From the NCBI GenBank assembly GCA_965215015.1, contig OZ244042.1:3648001-3712000 (forward strand): a DNA stretch of 64,000 bases, written 5' to 3'. Made by a program: the position numbers and the translations under genes. The notes below the pieces were generated by a model. That model ran no database searches, was not told the origin of the DNA, and saw only the letters and a program-made list of their open reading frames with translations. The DNA is from Candidatus Poribacteria bacterium. GTDB lineage: Bacteria > Poribacteria > WGA-4E > PCPOR2b. Below are positions 19,607-29,780 of this stretch, one piece after another; the first letter of the stretch is position 1, and each line of letters begins with the position of its first letter.

Positions 19607-22600
19607 ATGGACAAAATTGCATGGCATGAACATTGTGTATTAAGAGACGATGTTCGTCAAGGTACGCTCACACTTGCAGAGTTTGCGGCAGATCTCTACG
19701 GGGTACGAACAGGTGATGCGCCAAACGTCTATCGCCTGCCCAATCTCTTTTTCTCTCGTACCTACCCAACTGACAACCTCAAAAGACTAGTGCGAGATGT
19801 ATTTCAGCGGTTATCGGGGCACGGTGGGAAGCCCGTAATTCGTGTACAAGTCGCTTATGGCGGCGGGAAAACCCACGCATTGATTGCGTTGTTACATTTG
19901 GCAGAACACGGGGAGGAATTGAAAACCCATTCAACCGTGCAGGAGTTTATGGGATTCAGTGGGGTGGATCCACTGCCACAGGCGCGAGTTGCCCTATTAC
20001 CATTCGACAAATTCGATGTGAGAGCGGGGCTTTCGGTATTCAGTCCCGACGGTAAGCGGCGACAGGTCAAAACGCCGTGGGGTGCGTTGGCATATCAACT
20101 GGCGGGGGATGAAGGATTGGCAAAGATCGCCGAGCATGAAGCCGATTATATCCCGCCCGCTGAACCCCTCCTGGTTGAACTCCTGAAAGTGCCGCAAGCG
20201 GCGGGGTTGTCTACCCTCATTCTGATTGATGAGACCCTCCTGTACATGCGTAATGCGGTTAACGATGATCCAAGGCGGTTGGGCCTCCTTGAAGGTTTTT
20301 TTCAGATGCTCACACAGGCGGTTAGCAGGGTAGAGCGAGCCGCAATTGTTGCCAGTCTCATAACGTCCGATGTCGTGTCGAATGATCCCACCGATGCCCA
20401 AATCTTAAGCGTAGTGGAGAATATCTTCCATCGTGTCGAAGAAACAGCGGAACCGGTATCGCGAGAAGATTTTTCGGAATTATTTCGGCGGCGGTTGTTT
20501 GAATCTGTTGCAGACGATGAAACGCGGCGTGTCGTTTCAGACCGTCTTGCTGAAACGATGCAAAACCTGCCGCTTCGGGATTCACAGAGAGATGGGAATG
20601 CTTACGATCGGCTTCTGAAATCTTATCCATTTCACCCGGATCTGATTGAAATTTTCTATCAGAAATGGACGCAACTAAGTAAATTTCAACGGACGCGCGG
20701 AGTCCTTCGGCTGCTTGCAACCGCCCTGAGAGTATCCGACGGGAAAGACCCCGCTGCATTTGTTGGACCAAGTGCGTTACTTGGAGCGGAAGAAGAACTT
20801 TCAGAAGCGATTCGGGAACTGATTGAAGCGTGTGAAGAGGGCAATCAGTGGACCCCAATTCTCGATGGCGAACTCGAAAAAGCCCGTGATATTCAGAACC
20901 GTTTGCCACGACTCGAGCACCGAGAGATTGAAGCGGCGGTGCTTTCTACCTTTCTGCATTCACAACCGCCCGGGCAGAAAGCAGACCTGACGGATCTCTA
21001 TTCCTTGCTGGCACACCCGGCTATCGACAAGATTTCGCTGGAGGGAGGCCTTTCCGAGTGGCGAAAAGTCTCCTGGTTTCTCAAAGAAGACGAGAGCAGT
21101 TGGAGTCTGGGGACAACGTCCAATCTCACCAGGATGCACGTTCGGGCAATGGGAAGACTGACCGAAGACCAAATTAACGACGATTTGGTGAAGCGAACCA
21201 GAGAGGCCAAACTCGGTCAGAATGGCGATGATGTGTCTGTTCACGCGTTGCCCAATTCACCCGCCGATATTCCCGACAATCCTGATCTCCACTTTGTGAT
21301 TGTGGGCCCCGAATATGCTGCAGTGCCGGGCGATACGGTCCCCGCGTCCCTCAAAGCCTTTTTTGATAGAACCTACCGGAACAACGTTATCATACTCGCT
21401 CCCGAAAGCTCACGACTGACAGGCTTGCGCCATCGAATCCGTAGAATGCTTGGTTGGAGTGCTATCGAAAGCGGCGATGAGATGAGCCTTTTGACCGGAA
21501 CCCAGCAAACCGTGCTGATACAGCGCAAACAGAATGACGAAACCGGGATTGCGGATTCCGTTACCTCGACATATAGCGTGCTGATTGCCGTTGACGAGGC
21601 GGGTGAAATTAAAGCGCATCCGTTGCCCCCGGGGGCAGAGCCACCTTTTGAACGGGTGAAGAATTTTTTGGAAGGCGAAGAAAGAATGCTGACAACTGCG
21701 CTCGATCCAGACCTGCTAACACCAGACAGCTTTTTTGAGTTGTGGGGAGAGGGTGAAACCGCGAAACCTGTTCAAGGGCTGTATGGCATGTTTGCCAGTC
21801 TTCCCCGATTGCCTCGATTATTAGGACAGAAGGTGTTTCTTGAAACGCTTCAGCGCGGCGTTGCCGAAGGACGCATTGTCCTACGCACCATGCGTCCAGA
21901 TGGCTCTCAGCATACACAGTGGCGCGAATCACCCCCTACTAAAGATTTCTCGAACAGAGATTTAGAAATTGTTCCGATTGAGTATGCAGAACTGCACAAT
22001 TTCAATCCTGAGCTACTGTGCCCGGATCGATTACCGAATCTGTGGCAGGGTGAAAATGTTTCGATTACGGTGGGGGCAATTCGGAAATTCTTCGGAGGGG
22101 ACGATATTCCCAAACTCGCGTCTGACGAGATTTTGTTTAGTACAATCAGGGATGCGGTTGAGGCGGGTTTCCTGATGGCACGCCATCAAAACAGGGCCTA
22201 CCTTGAGGAAGCCATTCCTGATGCGGTCCTAAAGGATGATTTGGAATTATTCCGTCCGTCTGCCCGCATTAACGGCTCGGAACTGAGCCAGAACACCCTG
22301 CCTGAAGCGTGGGAGGGGGGCACCTCATCCGTTGGTAAGGTGATGGACGCATTCGCTGCGAATCAAGATATGCCGATTCCGTGGAAGTTGGTTGTTGATG
22401 CTGTTAACGACGGTTTGTCTAAGAATCTCTTTGAAATCGCCAAGGGAAGCCCGGCGTGGCCCTGCAGTGCTGACGGTGCCGATAAGATCGGCTTACAAGT
22501 TTCACAAGTCCCTGTAACGGTGAATCCGAAAGATTTCATAGCGGTGATGCAACAACCCGGACAGTCCACACTCGGTTTAATTAAAGAGGAGCTCGAATCC

Positions 22601-22936
22601 AAGAAAGGGGTATCCATCCCTGATGATATGTTTCGCAATGCTGTTCAAGAAGCGATTGACCAGGAAATAATTACCCTGGTAGATCCCTTAACCAACGACC
22701 TATACCAAATTCGTGTGAATCAGCCATCGTGGCAACGCTACGCTGAATCGCCCCTTACGGAAATCGAAATTCAGGACCTGTCTGGAGTAATCGGTGATTT
22801 GATTGGAGCCGCGCCTGAGCTTGACTTCAAGTTTCGGATCTCGATTACCGCTGAGGGTGAACCCCCATCGACTGAGGTGTTGGAACAGATAAACGAGGCA
22901 CTTCGCAAGGTTACGGATCAACTAAAGTTTGATTAG
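19607..22936 (+). CDS. DUF499 family AAA+ ATPase
   Basis: AEFAADL, FFSRTYPT, YGGGKTH, TPWG.LAYQL, LIDE, RRRLFE, SYPFHP, FQRTRGVLRLLA. Confidence 0.92.
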   Translation: MDKIAWHEHCVLRDDVRQGTLTLAEFAADLYGVRTGDAPNVYRLPNLFFSRTYPTDNLKRLVRDVFQRLSGHGGKPVIRVQVAYGGGKTHALIALLHLAEHGEELKTHSTVQEFMGFSGVDPLPQARVALLPFDKFDVRAGLSVFSPDGKRRQVKTPWGALAYQLAGDEGLAKIAEHEADYIPPAEPLLVELLKVPQAAGLSTLILIDETLLYMRNAVNDDPRRLGLLEGFFQMLTQAVSRVERAAIVASLITSDVVSNDPTDAQILSVVENIFHRVEETAEPVSREDFSELFRRRLFESVADDETRRVVSDRLAETMQNLPLRDSQRDGNAYDRLLKSYPFHPDLIEIFYQKWTQLSKFQRTRGVLRLLATALRVSDGKDPAAFVGPSALLGAEEELSEAIRELIEACEEGNQWTPILDGELEKARDIQNRLPRLEHREIEAAVLSTFLHSQPPGQKADLTDLYSLLAHPAIDKISLEGGLSEWRKVSWFLKEDESSWSLGTTSNLTRMHVRAMGRLTEDQINDDLVKRTREAKLGQNGDDVSVHALPNSPADIPDNPDLHFVIVGPEYAAVPGDTVPASLKAFFDRTYRNNVIILAPESSRLTGLRHRIRRMLGWSAIESGDEMSLLTGTQQTVLIQRKQNDETGIADSVTSTYSVLIAVDEAGEIKAHPLPPGAEPPFERVKNFLEGEERMLTTALDPDLLTPDSFFELWGEGETAKPVQGLYGMFASLPRLPRLLGQKVFLETLQRGVAEGRIVLRTMRPDGSQHTQWRESPPTKDFSNRDLEIVPIEYAELHNFNPELLCPDRLPNLWQGENVSITVGAIRKFFGGDDIPKLASDEILFSTIRDAVEAGFLMARHQNRAYLEEAIPDAVLKDDLELFRPSARINGSELSQNTLPEAWEGGTSSVGKVMDAFAANQDMPIPWKLVVDAVNDGLSKNLFEIAKGSPAWPCSADGADKIGLQVSQVPVTVNPKDFIAVMQQPGQSTLGLIKEELESKKGVSIPDDMFRNAVQEAIDQEIITLVDPLTNDLYQIRVNQPSWQRYAESPLTEIEIQDLSGVIGDLIGAAPELDFKFRISITAEGEPPSTEVLEQINEALRKVTDQLKFD

Positions 22937-22995
22937 GAAGCCGCGTTAAGGTTTGCGATACCAATATCCTGTTGTAAATCCTTTGTCCATCCTTT

Positions 22996-23277
22996 TTACT
23001 TTTCGATATGATGGGCTAGATGATCGATGTAGTTCTGGTTGAGCGTATCGAGTCGAGTTTCGATGAGGTTAAATCGGTTGTCTATACGGGTTTCAAGTTC
23101 TGTGAATCGCTTATCGAATCGGACTTCCATTTCTGTGAATCGGTTGTCCATACGGGTTTCAAGTTGCACGAGGCGGTTATTTGTCTGTGTGACGGCAAAG
23201 AGAATATAAACCTGTGCGAATGCAAAGATAGCCACAATCATGGTGATAAGTGCTATCCAGAGATTCTTTTGACTCAT
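22996..23277 (-). CDS. Small N-terminally membrane-anchored coiled-coil protein, copy 1 (93 aa, 3 hendecads)
   Basis: Hydrophobic residues 6-29, LETR(M/I)D(N/K)RF-type 11-mers, GAGGAG RBS. Confidence 0.8.
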   Translation of the reverse strand: MSQKNLWIALITMIVAIFAFAQVYILFAVTQTNNRLVQLETRMDNRFTEMEVRFDKRFTELETRIDNRFNLIETRLDTLNQNYIDHLAHHIEK

Positions 23278-23545
23278 CTTGTCTCTCCTCGTCCTGTTAG
23301 TTTTTCTGTTATAGAATCTGTCATCTGCTTCAAGGCTTGGGGTGAGTGGCTTCGTTGAGATATTTGTATCTGTCCTGTCCTCGCTTTTTCGCCTGCGTAT
23401 GGCGATTGATTAGGCGGTGCAGATCAAACTTGACACACTCACGAATTATATCTGAGCCCCCCATCCCGAATCGCGCTTTAATCTCAAGGATTTGTCAACG
23501 GTTTGCGATACCAATATCCTGTTGTAAATCCTTTGCCCCTCCTTT

Positions 23546-23848
23546 TTACTTTTCGATATGATGGGCTAGATGATCGATGTAGTTCTGGTTGAGCGTATCG
23601 AGTCGAGTTTCGATGAGGTTAAGTCGCTTGTCTATACGGGCTTCCATTTCTATGAATCGGTTATCCATACGGGTTTCAAGTTCTGCGAATCGCTTGTCTA
23701 TACGGGTCTCAAGTTGCACGAGGCGGTTATTTGTCTGTGTGACGGCGTTATTTGTCTGTGTGACGGCAAAGAGAATATAAACCTGTGCGAATGCAAAGAT
23801 AGCCACAATCACGGTGATAAGTGCTATCCAGAGATTCTTTTGACTCAT
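23546..23848 (-). CDS. Coiled-coil membrane protein, copy 2 (100 aa, 3 hendecads + 7-aa duplication)
   Basis: Paralog of copy 1; same RBS and ATG context at 23848. Confidence 0.8.
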   Translation of the reverse strand: MSQKNLWIALITVIVAIFAFAQVYILFAVTQTNNAVTQTNNRLVQLETRIDKRFAELETRMDNRFIEMEARIDKRLNLIETRLDTLNQNYIDHLAHHIEK

Positions 23849-24115
23849 TTTGTGTCTCCTCGTCCTGTTAGTTTTTCTGTTATAGAATCTGTCATCTGCT
23901 TCAAGGCTTGGGGTGAGTGGCTTCGTTGAGATATTTGTATCTGTCCTGTCCTCGCTTTTTCGCCTGCGTATGGCGATTGATTGGGCGGTGCAGATCAAAC
24001 TTGACACACTCACGAATTATATCTGAGCCCCCATCCCGAATCGCGCTTTGAGCTCAAGGATTTGTCAAAAGTTTGCGATACCAATATCCTGTTGTAAATC
24101 CTTTGTCCATCCTTT

Positions 24116-24451
24116 TTACTTTTCGATATGATGCGCTAGATGATCGATGTAGTTCTGGTTGAGCGTATCGAGTCGAGTTTCGATGAGGTTAAATCGGTTG
24201 TCTATACGGGTTTCAAGTTCTGCGAATCGGTTGTCTATACGGGTTTCAAGTTCTGCGAATCGCTTGTCCATACGGGTTTCAAGTTCTGTGAATCGGTTGT
24301 CCATACGGGTTTCAAGTTGCACGAGGCGGTTATTTGTCTGTGTGACGGCGTTATTTGTCTGTGTGACGGCAAAGAGAATATAAACCTGTGCGAATGCAAA
24401 GATAGCTACAATCACGGTGATTAGGGCTATCCAGAGATTCTTTTGACTCAT
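24116..24451 (-). CDS. Coiled-coil membrane protein, copy 3 (111 aa, 4 hendecads + 7-aa duplication)
   Basis: Paralog with synonymous differences, e.g. GCC CTA vs GCA CTT and GTA vs GTG. Confidence 0.8.
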   Translation of the reverse strand: MSQKNLWIALITVIVAIFAFAQVYILFAVTQTNNAVTQTNNRLVQLETRMDNRFTELETRMDKRFAELETRIDNRFAELETRIDNRFNLIETRLDTLNQNYIDHLAHHIEK

Positions 24452-24620
24452 TTTGTGTCTCCTCGTCCTGTTAGTTTGTCTGTTATAGAATCTGTCCTCC
24501 GCTTCAAGGCTTTCGGTGAGTGGCTTCGTTGAGATATTTGTATCTGTCCTGTCCTCGCTTTTTCGCCTGCGTATGGCGATTGATTAGGCTGTGCAAATCA
24601 AACTTGACACACTCACGAAT

Positions 24621-24869
24621 TTACTTTTCGATATGATGCGCTAGATGATCGATGTAGTTCTGGTTGAGCGTATCGAGTCGAGTTTCGATGAGGTTAAGTC
24701 GGTTGTCTATACGGGCTTCCATTTCTGTGAATCGCTTGTCCATACGGGTTTCAAGTTGCACGAGGCGGTTATTTGTCTGTGTGACGGCAAAGAGAATATA
24801 AACCTGTGCGAATGCAAAGATAGCCACAATCACGGTGATAAGTGCTATCCAGAGATTCTTTTGACTCAT
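24621..24869 (-). CDS. Coiled-coil membrane protein, copy 4 (82 aa, 2 hendecads)
   Basis: Paralog; shortest variant. Confidence 0.8.
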   Translation of the reverse strand: MSQKNLWIALITVIVAIFAFAQVYILFAVTQTNNRLVQLETRMDKRFTEMEARIDNRLNLIETRLDTLNQNYIDHLAHHIEK

Positions 24870-25113
24870 TTTGTGTCTCCTCGTCCTGTTAGTTTGTCTG
24901 TTATAGAATCTGTCCTCCGCTTCAAGGCTTTCGGTGAGTGGCTTCGTTGAGATATTTGTATCTGTCCTGTCCTCACTTTTTCGCCTGCGTATGGCGATTG
25001 ATTAGGCTGTGCAAATCAAACTTGACACACTCACGAATTATATCTGAGCACCCCATCCCGAATCGCGCTTTTAATCTCAAGGATTTGTCAACGGTTTCAG
25101 GCTCAAAAGGGGA

Positions 25114-25171
25114 TTGACAATTAAGCAATTATAACTTATAAGAACTTATAAAAACTTATTATAACTTATAA
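25114..25171 (+). promoter_or_regulatory. Candidate sigma70 promoter overlapped by four 10-bp direct repeats
   Basis: TTGACA-17 nt-TATAAG; TAACTTATAA, GAACTTATAA, AAACTTATTA, TAACTTATAA at 25132-25171. Confidence 0.5.
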
Positions 25172-25462
25172 ACAGGAGTCGTGCAACATAAACTGATGAT
25201 ATTTCTGCTTGCACAGGCTCGCTTTCTGTGTCATAATATATTTCGTTAATCCTGTAATTAATTTCTGCCAAAAGTGTGCGAAAAATGTCATTAAGCCTCA
25301 GGCTAGTTGCCAAGTCAACCTCGTCGAGGAATATTCTTAAGTAATCCCCGACCTCCACAGCGGCAGACCGCACCGTACTTACCGAACCGCAAAATAAAAA
25401 CCGAGAAAGGTAAACTCAACGGTTGCCCCTACGTTTTATTCATTAATGGAGAAAAGTATACT

Positions 25463-26362
25463 ATGAAAGTTCTCATTAGTGGCTCAACGGGCCTCATTGG
25501 ATCTGCCCTGGTCACTCTGCTCACCGATGCGGGACATGAGGTCATCCGATTGGTCAGACATAGATCGAGAGCGGATGGATCGGCGGTCCACTGGGACCCG
25601 GATTCAGGGCATATTGATACCATCGATCTCGAAGGGATGGATGCAGTGGTACATCTCGCCGGGGAGAACATCGGTGCAGGCAGATGGACTCGTGATAAAA
25701 AAGCGCGGATTTTCGACAGCCGAGTCAAAGGCACCCGGTTGCTCTGCGAATCCCTCGCCAATCTCACCTCCCCCCCAAAAGTGCTGGTATGTGCATCAGC
25801 TATCGGCTACTACGGCGATCGGGACGCAGAGCCCCTTAATGAGGGAAGTATATCGGGATTCGGTTTCCTAGCAGAGGTGTGCGTAGAGTGGGAAGTTGCC
25901 ACCGAACCTGTCGCTGAAACGGAAATTCGTGTTGTGAATCTCCGGACGGGCATCGTACTGAGTCAGGCAGGTGGACCATTGGAAAAGATGCTGCCCCCCT
26001 TCAAAATGGGAGTCGGCGGAGTATTGGGTAATGGACAGCAATATATGAGCTGGATAGCGTTGGAGGACGCAGTCGGTGCTATCCATCACGCGCTGATCAC
26101 GGATAGCTTGCACGGCCCGGTGAACAATGTAGCTCCCCACCCGGTAACCAACCGTGAATTTACGAAAACCTTGGGACGCGTTTTGAGGCGGCCGACTCTG
26201 TTTCCGCTGCCGAATTTTGGGCTTCGCCTCATGTTCGGTGGGGAAATGGCGAATGAACTCTTTCTTTCGAGCACCCGTGTCGAACCCGTCCGCCTCTTGG
26301 AAACCGGCTATACGTTTCAGTATCCTGACCTTGAGGGTGCATTGCGGCGCGCCCTAGACTGA
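25463..26362 (+). CDS. TIGR01777 family NAD-dependent epimerase (YfcH-like)
   Basis: MKVLISGSTGLIG, HLAGENI..GRW, SAIGYYG, WE, G.GQQYMSWI; GGAG RBS before ATG 25463. Confidence 0.92.
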   Translation: MKVLISGSTGLIGSALVTLLTDAGHEVIRLVRHRSRADGSAVHWDPDSGHIDTIDLEGMDAVVHLAGENIGAGRWTRDKKARIFDSRVKGTRLLCESLANLTSPPKVLVCASAIGYYGDRDAEPLNEGSISGFGFLAEVCVEWEVATEPVAETEIRVVNLRTGIVLSQAGGPLEKMLPPFKMGVGGVLGNGQQYMSWIALEDAVGAIHHALITDSLHGPVNNVAPHPVTNREFTKTLGRVLRRPTLFPLPNFGLRLMFGGEMANELFLSSTRVEPVRLLETGYTFQYPDLEGALRRALD

Positions 26363-26393
26363 CCCACAGCGTGTGAAGGAGCGTAATTCGAGG

Positions 26394-28682
26394 CTATCTC
26401 CCGCCCTGGGATGGGTCATCCTTCCCGCCCCCGACCGCAATGATTGCTGACGTTTGTTGCTGCGTATTGACAAGGTTGTAAAAAATTCCCCTCCGATTCA
26501 TCAGCTCTCCGTGCGCTCCCACTTCCGCAATCTTACCATCCTCCAATACAATTAATCGATCCGCATTGCGTAGTGTAGAGAGTCGGTGTGCAATCGCAAA
26601 GGTTGTTCGCCCTTTGACCAACCGGGCGATGGCTGACTGAATCTTTTTCTCCGTGGCACTGTCAAGCGAGGAGGTTGCTTCATCGAGAATCAGGATCTTT
26701 GGGTCATGTAGAATCGCTCGTGCGATGGCGATACGTTGCTTCTCGCCGCCGGAGAGCTGGTTTCCGCGCTCCCCCACTTTTGTGTCATAGCCGTCCGGCT
26801 TGGCGGCGATGAACTCGTGCGCTTCAGCTGCGACCGCTGCGTCGACGATTTCATCCAAGGTTGCCTCCGGTTTACCGTAACCGATATTTTCGGCGATTGT
26901 GCCATCGAAGAGGAAGATCTCCTGATGGACTATGCCAATATGGCGACGCAAATCCTCCAAACGAACCTTCCGGATATCTACACCATCGATAGCCACGCTG
27001 CCGCGATTCACATCGTAGAACCGGCAAATCAGGTTAATCACAGTGCTTTTGCCAACCCCAGATTTGCCCACCAGTCCAATCATTTCACCCGGTTTCACAT
27101 CGAAGTTAAGCTCGTGGAGAACAGGTTTCCCCGGATCATAGCCGAACGTGACATCTTTGAAAGCCACTCCTCCTTCTATACGGGAGAGAGGGATTGCTTC
27201 TGGATCATCAAACGATTCAGGCCGTGTGTCGAGAACCTCGAAAATCCGCTCGGCACCGGCGAACGCACGGGTTATAAAGTTGTTGATTTGGCTGAAGAAC
27301 TGCAAAGGGCGATAAAGTTGCCAGAGGTAGCGGATAAACGCCATGAGTACGCCAAATGTTAGCTCGTTGTTCAAAATCTGCCTCCCCCCAAAGTACCAAA
27401 TAAAGAACATGCCGAAACTGATGAGGAAATTCATTACTGCAAAAAAAATGAACCAATTTCGTTCACCGGTAACACTCACCGACCATAGTTCCTCGTTCCG
27501 CACATTGAAACGCAACGCCTCCCGGTCCTCCTGCGCGAAGGCTTTCACAATACGGATACCAGAGATAGACTCATTAAGATGTGAGGAGAGTTGCGACCAC
27601 TTGGCATGCCAGCGGATCCAGATACGCCGCATCCGCCCCCAAATCAGTAAGCCGCCCAGCACAATCAGCGGCACCGGAAGCAGCGCATAGAGGGTCAATT
27701 TCCAACTCAGGAAGAACAACACTCCGAGTGTACCTATCAACATCAGTGTGTTGCTCAACATGAAAGGAATACCGAAAAGTAGAAACATCTCCAGTCGATC
27801 CGCATCGTTGGTGAATCTGGCTATTAGGCTACCTATCTGCCGTTTGCCGTAGAATCGCAACGGCATATATTGCACATGCTGATAGAGCTGTGTGCGGATA
27901 TCTTTGCTGGTTCGACTTGAAATCTCCGCTCTCATGAAGCCACCGATAATCTCAAACAGGAAGGTTGACAGCATAATGCCTAAAAGTCCCAGCACCAGCC
28001 ATAGTAGCAGCTCAAAGTTGGCTCTCGGTGTGAGGACATCATCAATAACGCGTTGAACAAGAAGCGGAGGAATCAGGTTAATTAAGGGACTTGCCACCGC
28101 AAAGGTCATAAGAACGATGACCTTGCCCCGGTAGGGGCTTAGGTAACTAACGATTCGCTTCAGTGTATCCCATTTTTTCACGCAAGCCGGGCAAACTCCG
28201 TCTTTCTCAGGTAGTAACCGGCCGCACGTATCACATCGCGAACGTTCTATCTCCGTCGGTAGTGTAGGGGGTTCTCCCTTGGTGAGCTGCTTGATAGCTT
28301 CAGCGACTTCAGCAAACTTGGGAGCCAACGAGTTGGAGTAGTATAGGTAGGTTGGTTCACCCTCGCCGTGTTCTACTTCCAGACGCCCGGCACCGACAAA
28401 TTCCTCTACCTTCGTTTCTATGATGACTTTGAGCGGGACCTCCACAACACCATCGACCCCCTCAGCTGGGATAACGAACAAGTGCTGATCGGTTACCACC
28501 AGCCATTGTTCCCCAAAAGAACCGTCCTCGATCAGATCCGTAGCAACTTGAATATGGGGCTGTTCTTCCGGCGGTTTTATATTTTGGAGCTTGGTGTCTA
28601 TCTCAGGAGGCAGCGTTTCAAGAAACGGTTTCATCAAATCTTCGCAGTCGAGACCCTGTAAATACCGTGCGTGTTGCGCCAT
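26394..28682 (-). CDS. ABC exporter (permease + ATPase) with N-terminal extension and Zn-ribbon-like CxxC pair
   Basis: TM block, GKSGVGKS, LSGGEKQR, ILDEATS, IAHRLST; CDTC...CPAC; start may be 28634. Confidence 0.92.
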   Translation of the reverse strand: MAQHARYLQGLDCEDLMKPFLETLPPEIDTKLQNIKPPEEQPHIQVATDLIEDGSFGEQWLVVTDQHLFVIPAEGVDGVVEVPLKVIIETKVEEFVGAGRLEVEHGEGEPTYLYYSNSLAPKFAEVAEAIKQLTKGEPPTLPTEIERSRCDTCGRLLPEKDGVCPACVKKWDTLKRIVSYLSPYRGKVIVLMTFAVASPLINLIPPLLVQRVIDDVLTPRANFELLLWLVLGLLGIMLSTFLFEIIGGFMRAEISSRTSKDIRTQLYQHVQYMPLRFYGKRQIGSLIARFTNDADRLEMFLLFGIPFMLSNTLMLIGTLGVLFFLSWKLTLYALLPVPLIVLGGLLIWGRMRRIWIRWHAKWSQLSSHLNESISGIRIVKAFAQEDREALRFNVRNEELWSVSVTGERNWFIFFAVMNFLISFGMFFIWYFGGRQILNNELTFGVLMAFIRYLWQLYRPLQFFSQINNFITRAFAGAERIFEVLDTRPESFDDPEAIPLSRIEGGVAFKDVTFGYDPGKPVLHELNFDVKPGEMIGLVGKSGVGKSTVINLICRFYDVNRGSVAIDGVDIRKVRLEDLRRHIGIVHQEIFLFDGTIAENIGYGKPEATLDEIVDAAVAAEAHEFIAAKPDGYDTKVGERGNQLSGGEKQRIAIARAILHDPKILILDEATSSLDSATEKKIQSAIARLVKGRTTFAIAHRLSTLRNADRLIVLEDGKIAEVGAHGELMNRRGIFYNLVNTQQQTSAIIAVGGGKDDPSQGGR

Positions 28683-28878
28683 AGTCCTGGCTCAATCGGC
28701 CTGGCATGTTGCACAACAGTATCAGATATCTGTAGGGGCTCCACTACAACTCCTTTTTTGTTGGCATAACACGGTTAATGTCTTAAAATTATGCTTTGTC
28801 GATCGCTGAAACCAGATACCTTTGTATCGTTTCCCCCGATCGGGAAGAAGTTGTCCGAGGTTTCGTATTTTTTCACAT

Positions 28879-29679
28879 CTAAAGATAATCGAGAAAGCCG
28901 AGCTCTCGTTCTCGGTCAATCCAGCGTTGACGCTTTTCGCTGTCCTCACGATTGGCAGCCCAGTCGCTCATGATGTCACGGTGAGTCGAAAATGGTAGTC
29001 CGGAATTATTCGGTTCCTTCGCACTGCTAGAGGCTCGCTTGCGGGTTGCTGCCTCCTCTTCAGGCCCTTCGGGATTCTTATAGTAAACCACCGTACACAT
29101 CCGGCGATCAATCGCGCCGCCCCAACTGGCATGCCAACAACGCACATCAAAGGCAATTACATCCCCCGGCTCCGATTCGCAAATATAAGCCGGGACATCG
29201 CAAATCTCAAGCTGGTAGCTGTCCAGATTGTTCCGCAGCGCGCTGTGTAGCGGGTTCTTGTGTGACCCCGGAATCAGCCGCAATGCGCCGGTTTCTGCCC
29301 CGACCGGTTCGAGGTAATAAGCGAATTTGACGCCGTAGCAATCCTCGATCGGATCGACAAGGTGGTCGGGATGCCACCGAGTGGGGCCGACATAGCGATT
29401 GGCGTCAGAAACGATTCCGAGCGCGTCCTCACCATACAGTTGCTCTGTCGGTCCGTAGAAGCGCGGATCTTCAAGTAACCCAGCGAAGAATGGGGTTTCG
29501 GGCCCCATCGTCCGTACCCAATGCCTGTACGTGCCATCAAATGGAGCGTGGCGGTAAGCGGAGGTCAAAGCGTGTTCAAACTCCGCATTGATGGTTTTCA
29601 TTTCCGCCGGACTGAACAATTGACGAAAGATTAGGAATCCGAAGGTATTAAAGTGCCTGACTTGTTGCTCTGTGAGCAT
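28879..29679 (-). CDS. Phytanoyl-CoA dioxygenase (PhyH) family protein
   Basis: LT.QQ..HF.TFG, WHPD, L..IPGSH, PGDV..FD...WH. Confidence 0.9.
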   Translation of the reverse strand: MLTEQQVRHFNTFGFLIFRQLFSPAEMKTINAEFEHALTSAYRHAPFDGTYRHWVRTMGPETPFFAGLLEDPRFYGPTEQLYGEDALGIVSDANRYVGPTRWHPDHLVDPIEDCYGVKFAYYLEPVGAETGALRLIPGSHKNPLHSALRNNLDSYQLEICDVPAYICESEPGDVIAFDVRCWHASWGGAIDRRMCTVVYYKNPEGPEEEAATRKRASSSAKEPNNSGLPFSTHRDIMSDWAANREDSEKRQRWIDRERELGFLDYL

Positions 29680-29780
29680 GATGTGCCTCCTGTATCGAAA
29701 GTTTTTTACTTCTCTTTTTCGATCCGCTTACCGAGATAGGGTTCCAGAACTAACGTTGAACCTTCAAAGCGTTAGGCAAC

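Larger units (their letters stand above)
22950..25097 (-). repeat. Four tandem ~480-570 bp units, each a small gene plus upstream region
   Basis: Units about 22950-23499, 23500-24070, 24071-24620 and 24621-25097; near-identical except for 33-bp and 21-bp indels and a deletion at the unit 3/4 junction. Confidence 0.95.

Noticed and set aside
23020-24950. Plus-strand ORFs (MIDVVLVER..., MSVSSRV...) in the tandem units
   Set aside because: Antisense shadows; substitutions are synonymous in the minus-strand frame, which has the RBS
25181-25249. 22-aa leader peptide
   Set aside because: AGGAG is only 2 nt from the GTG and there is no other support
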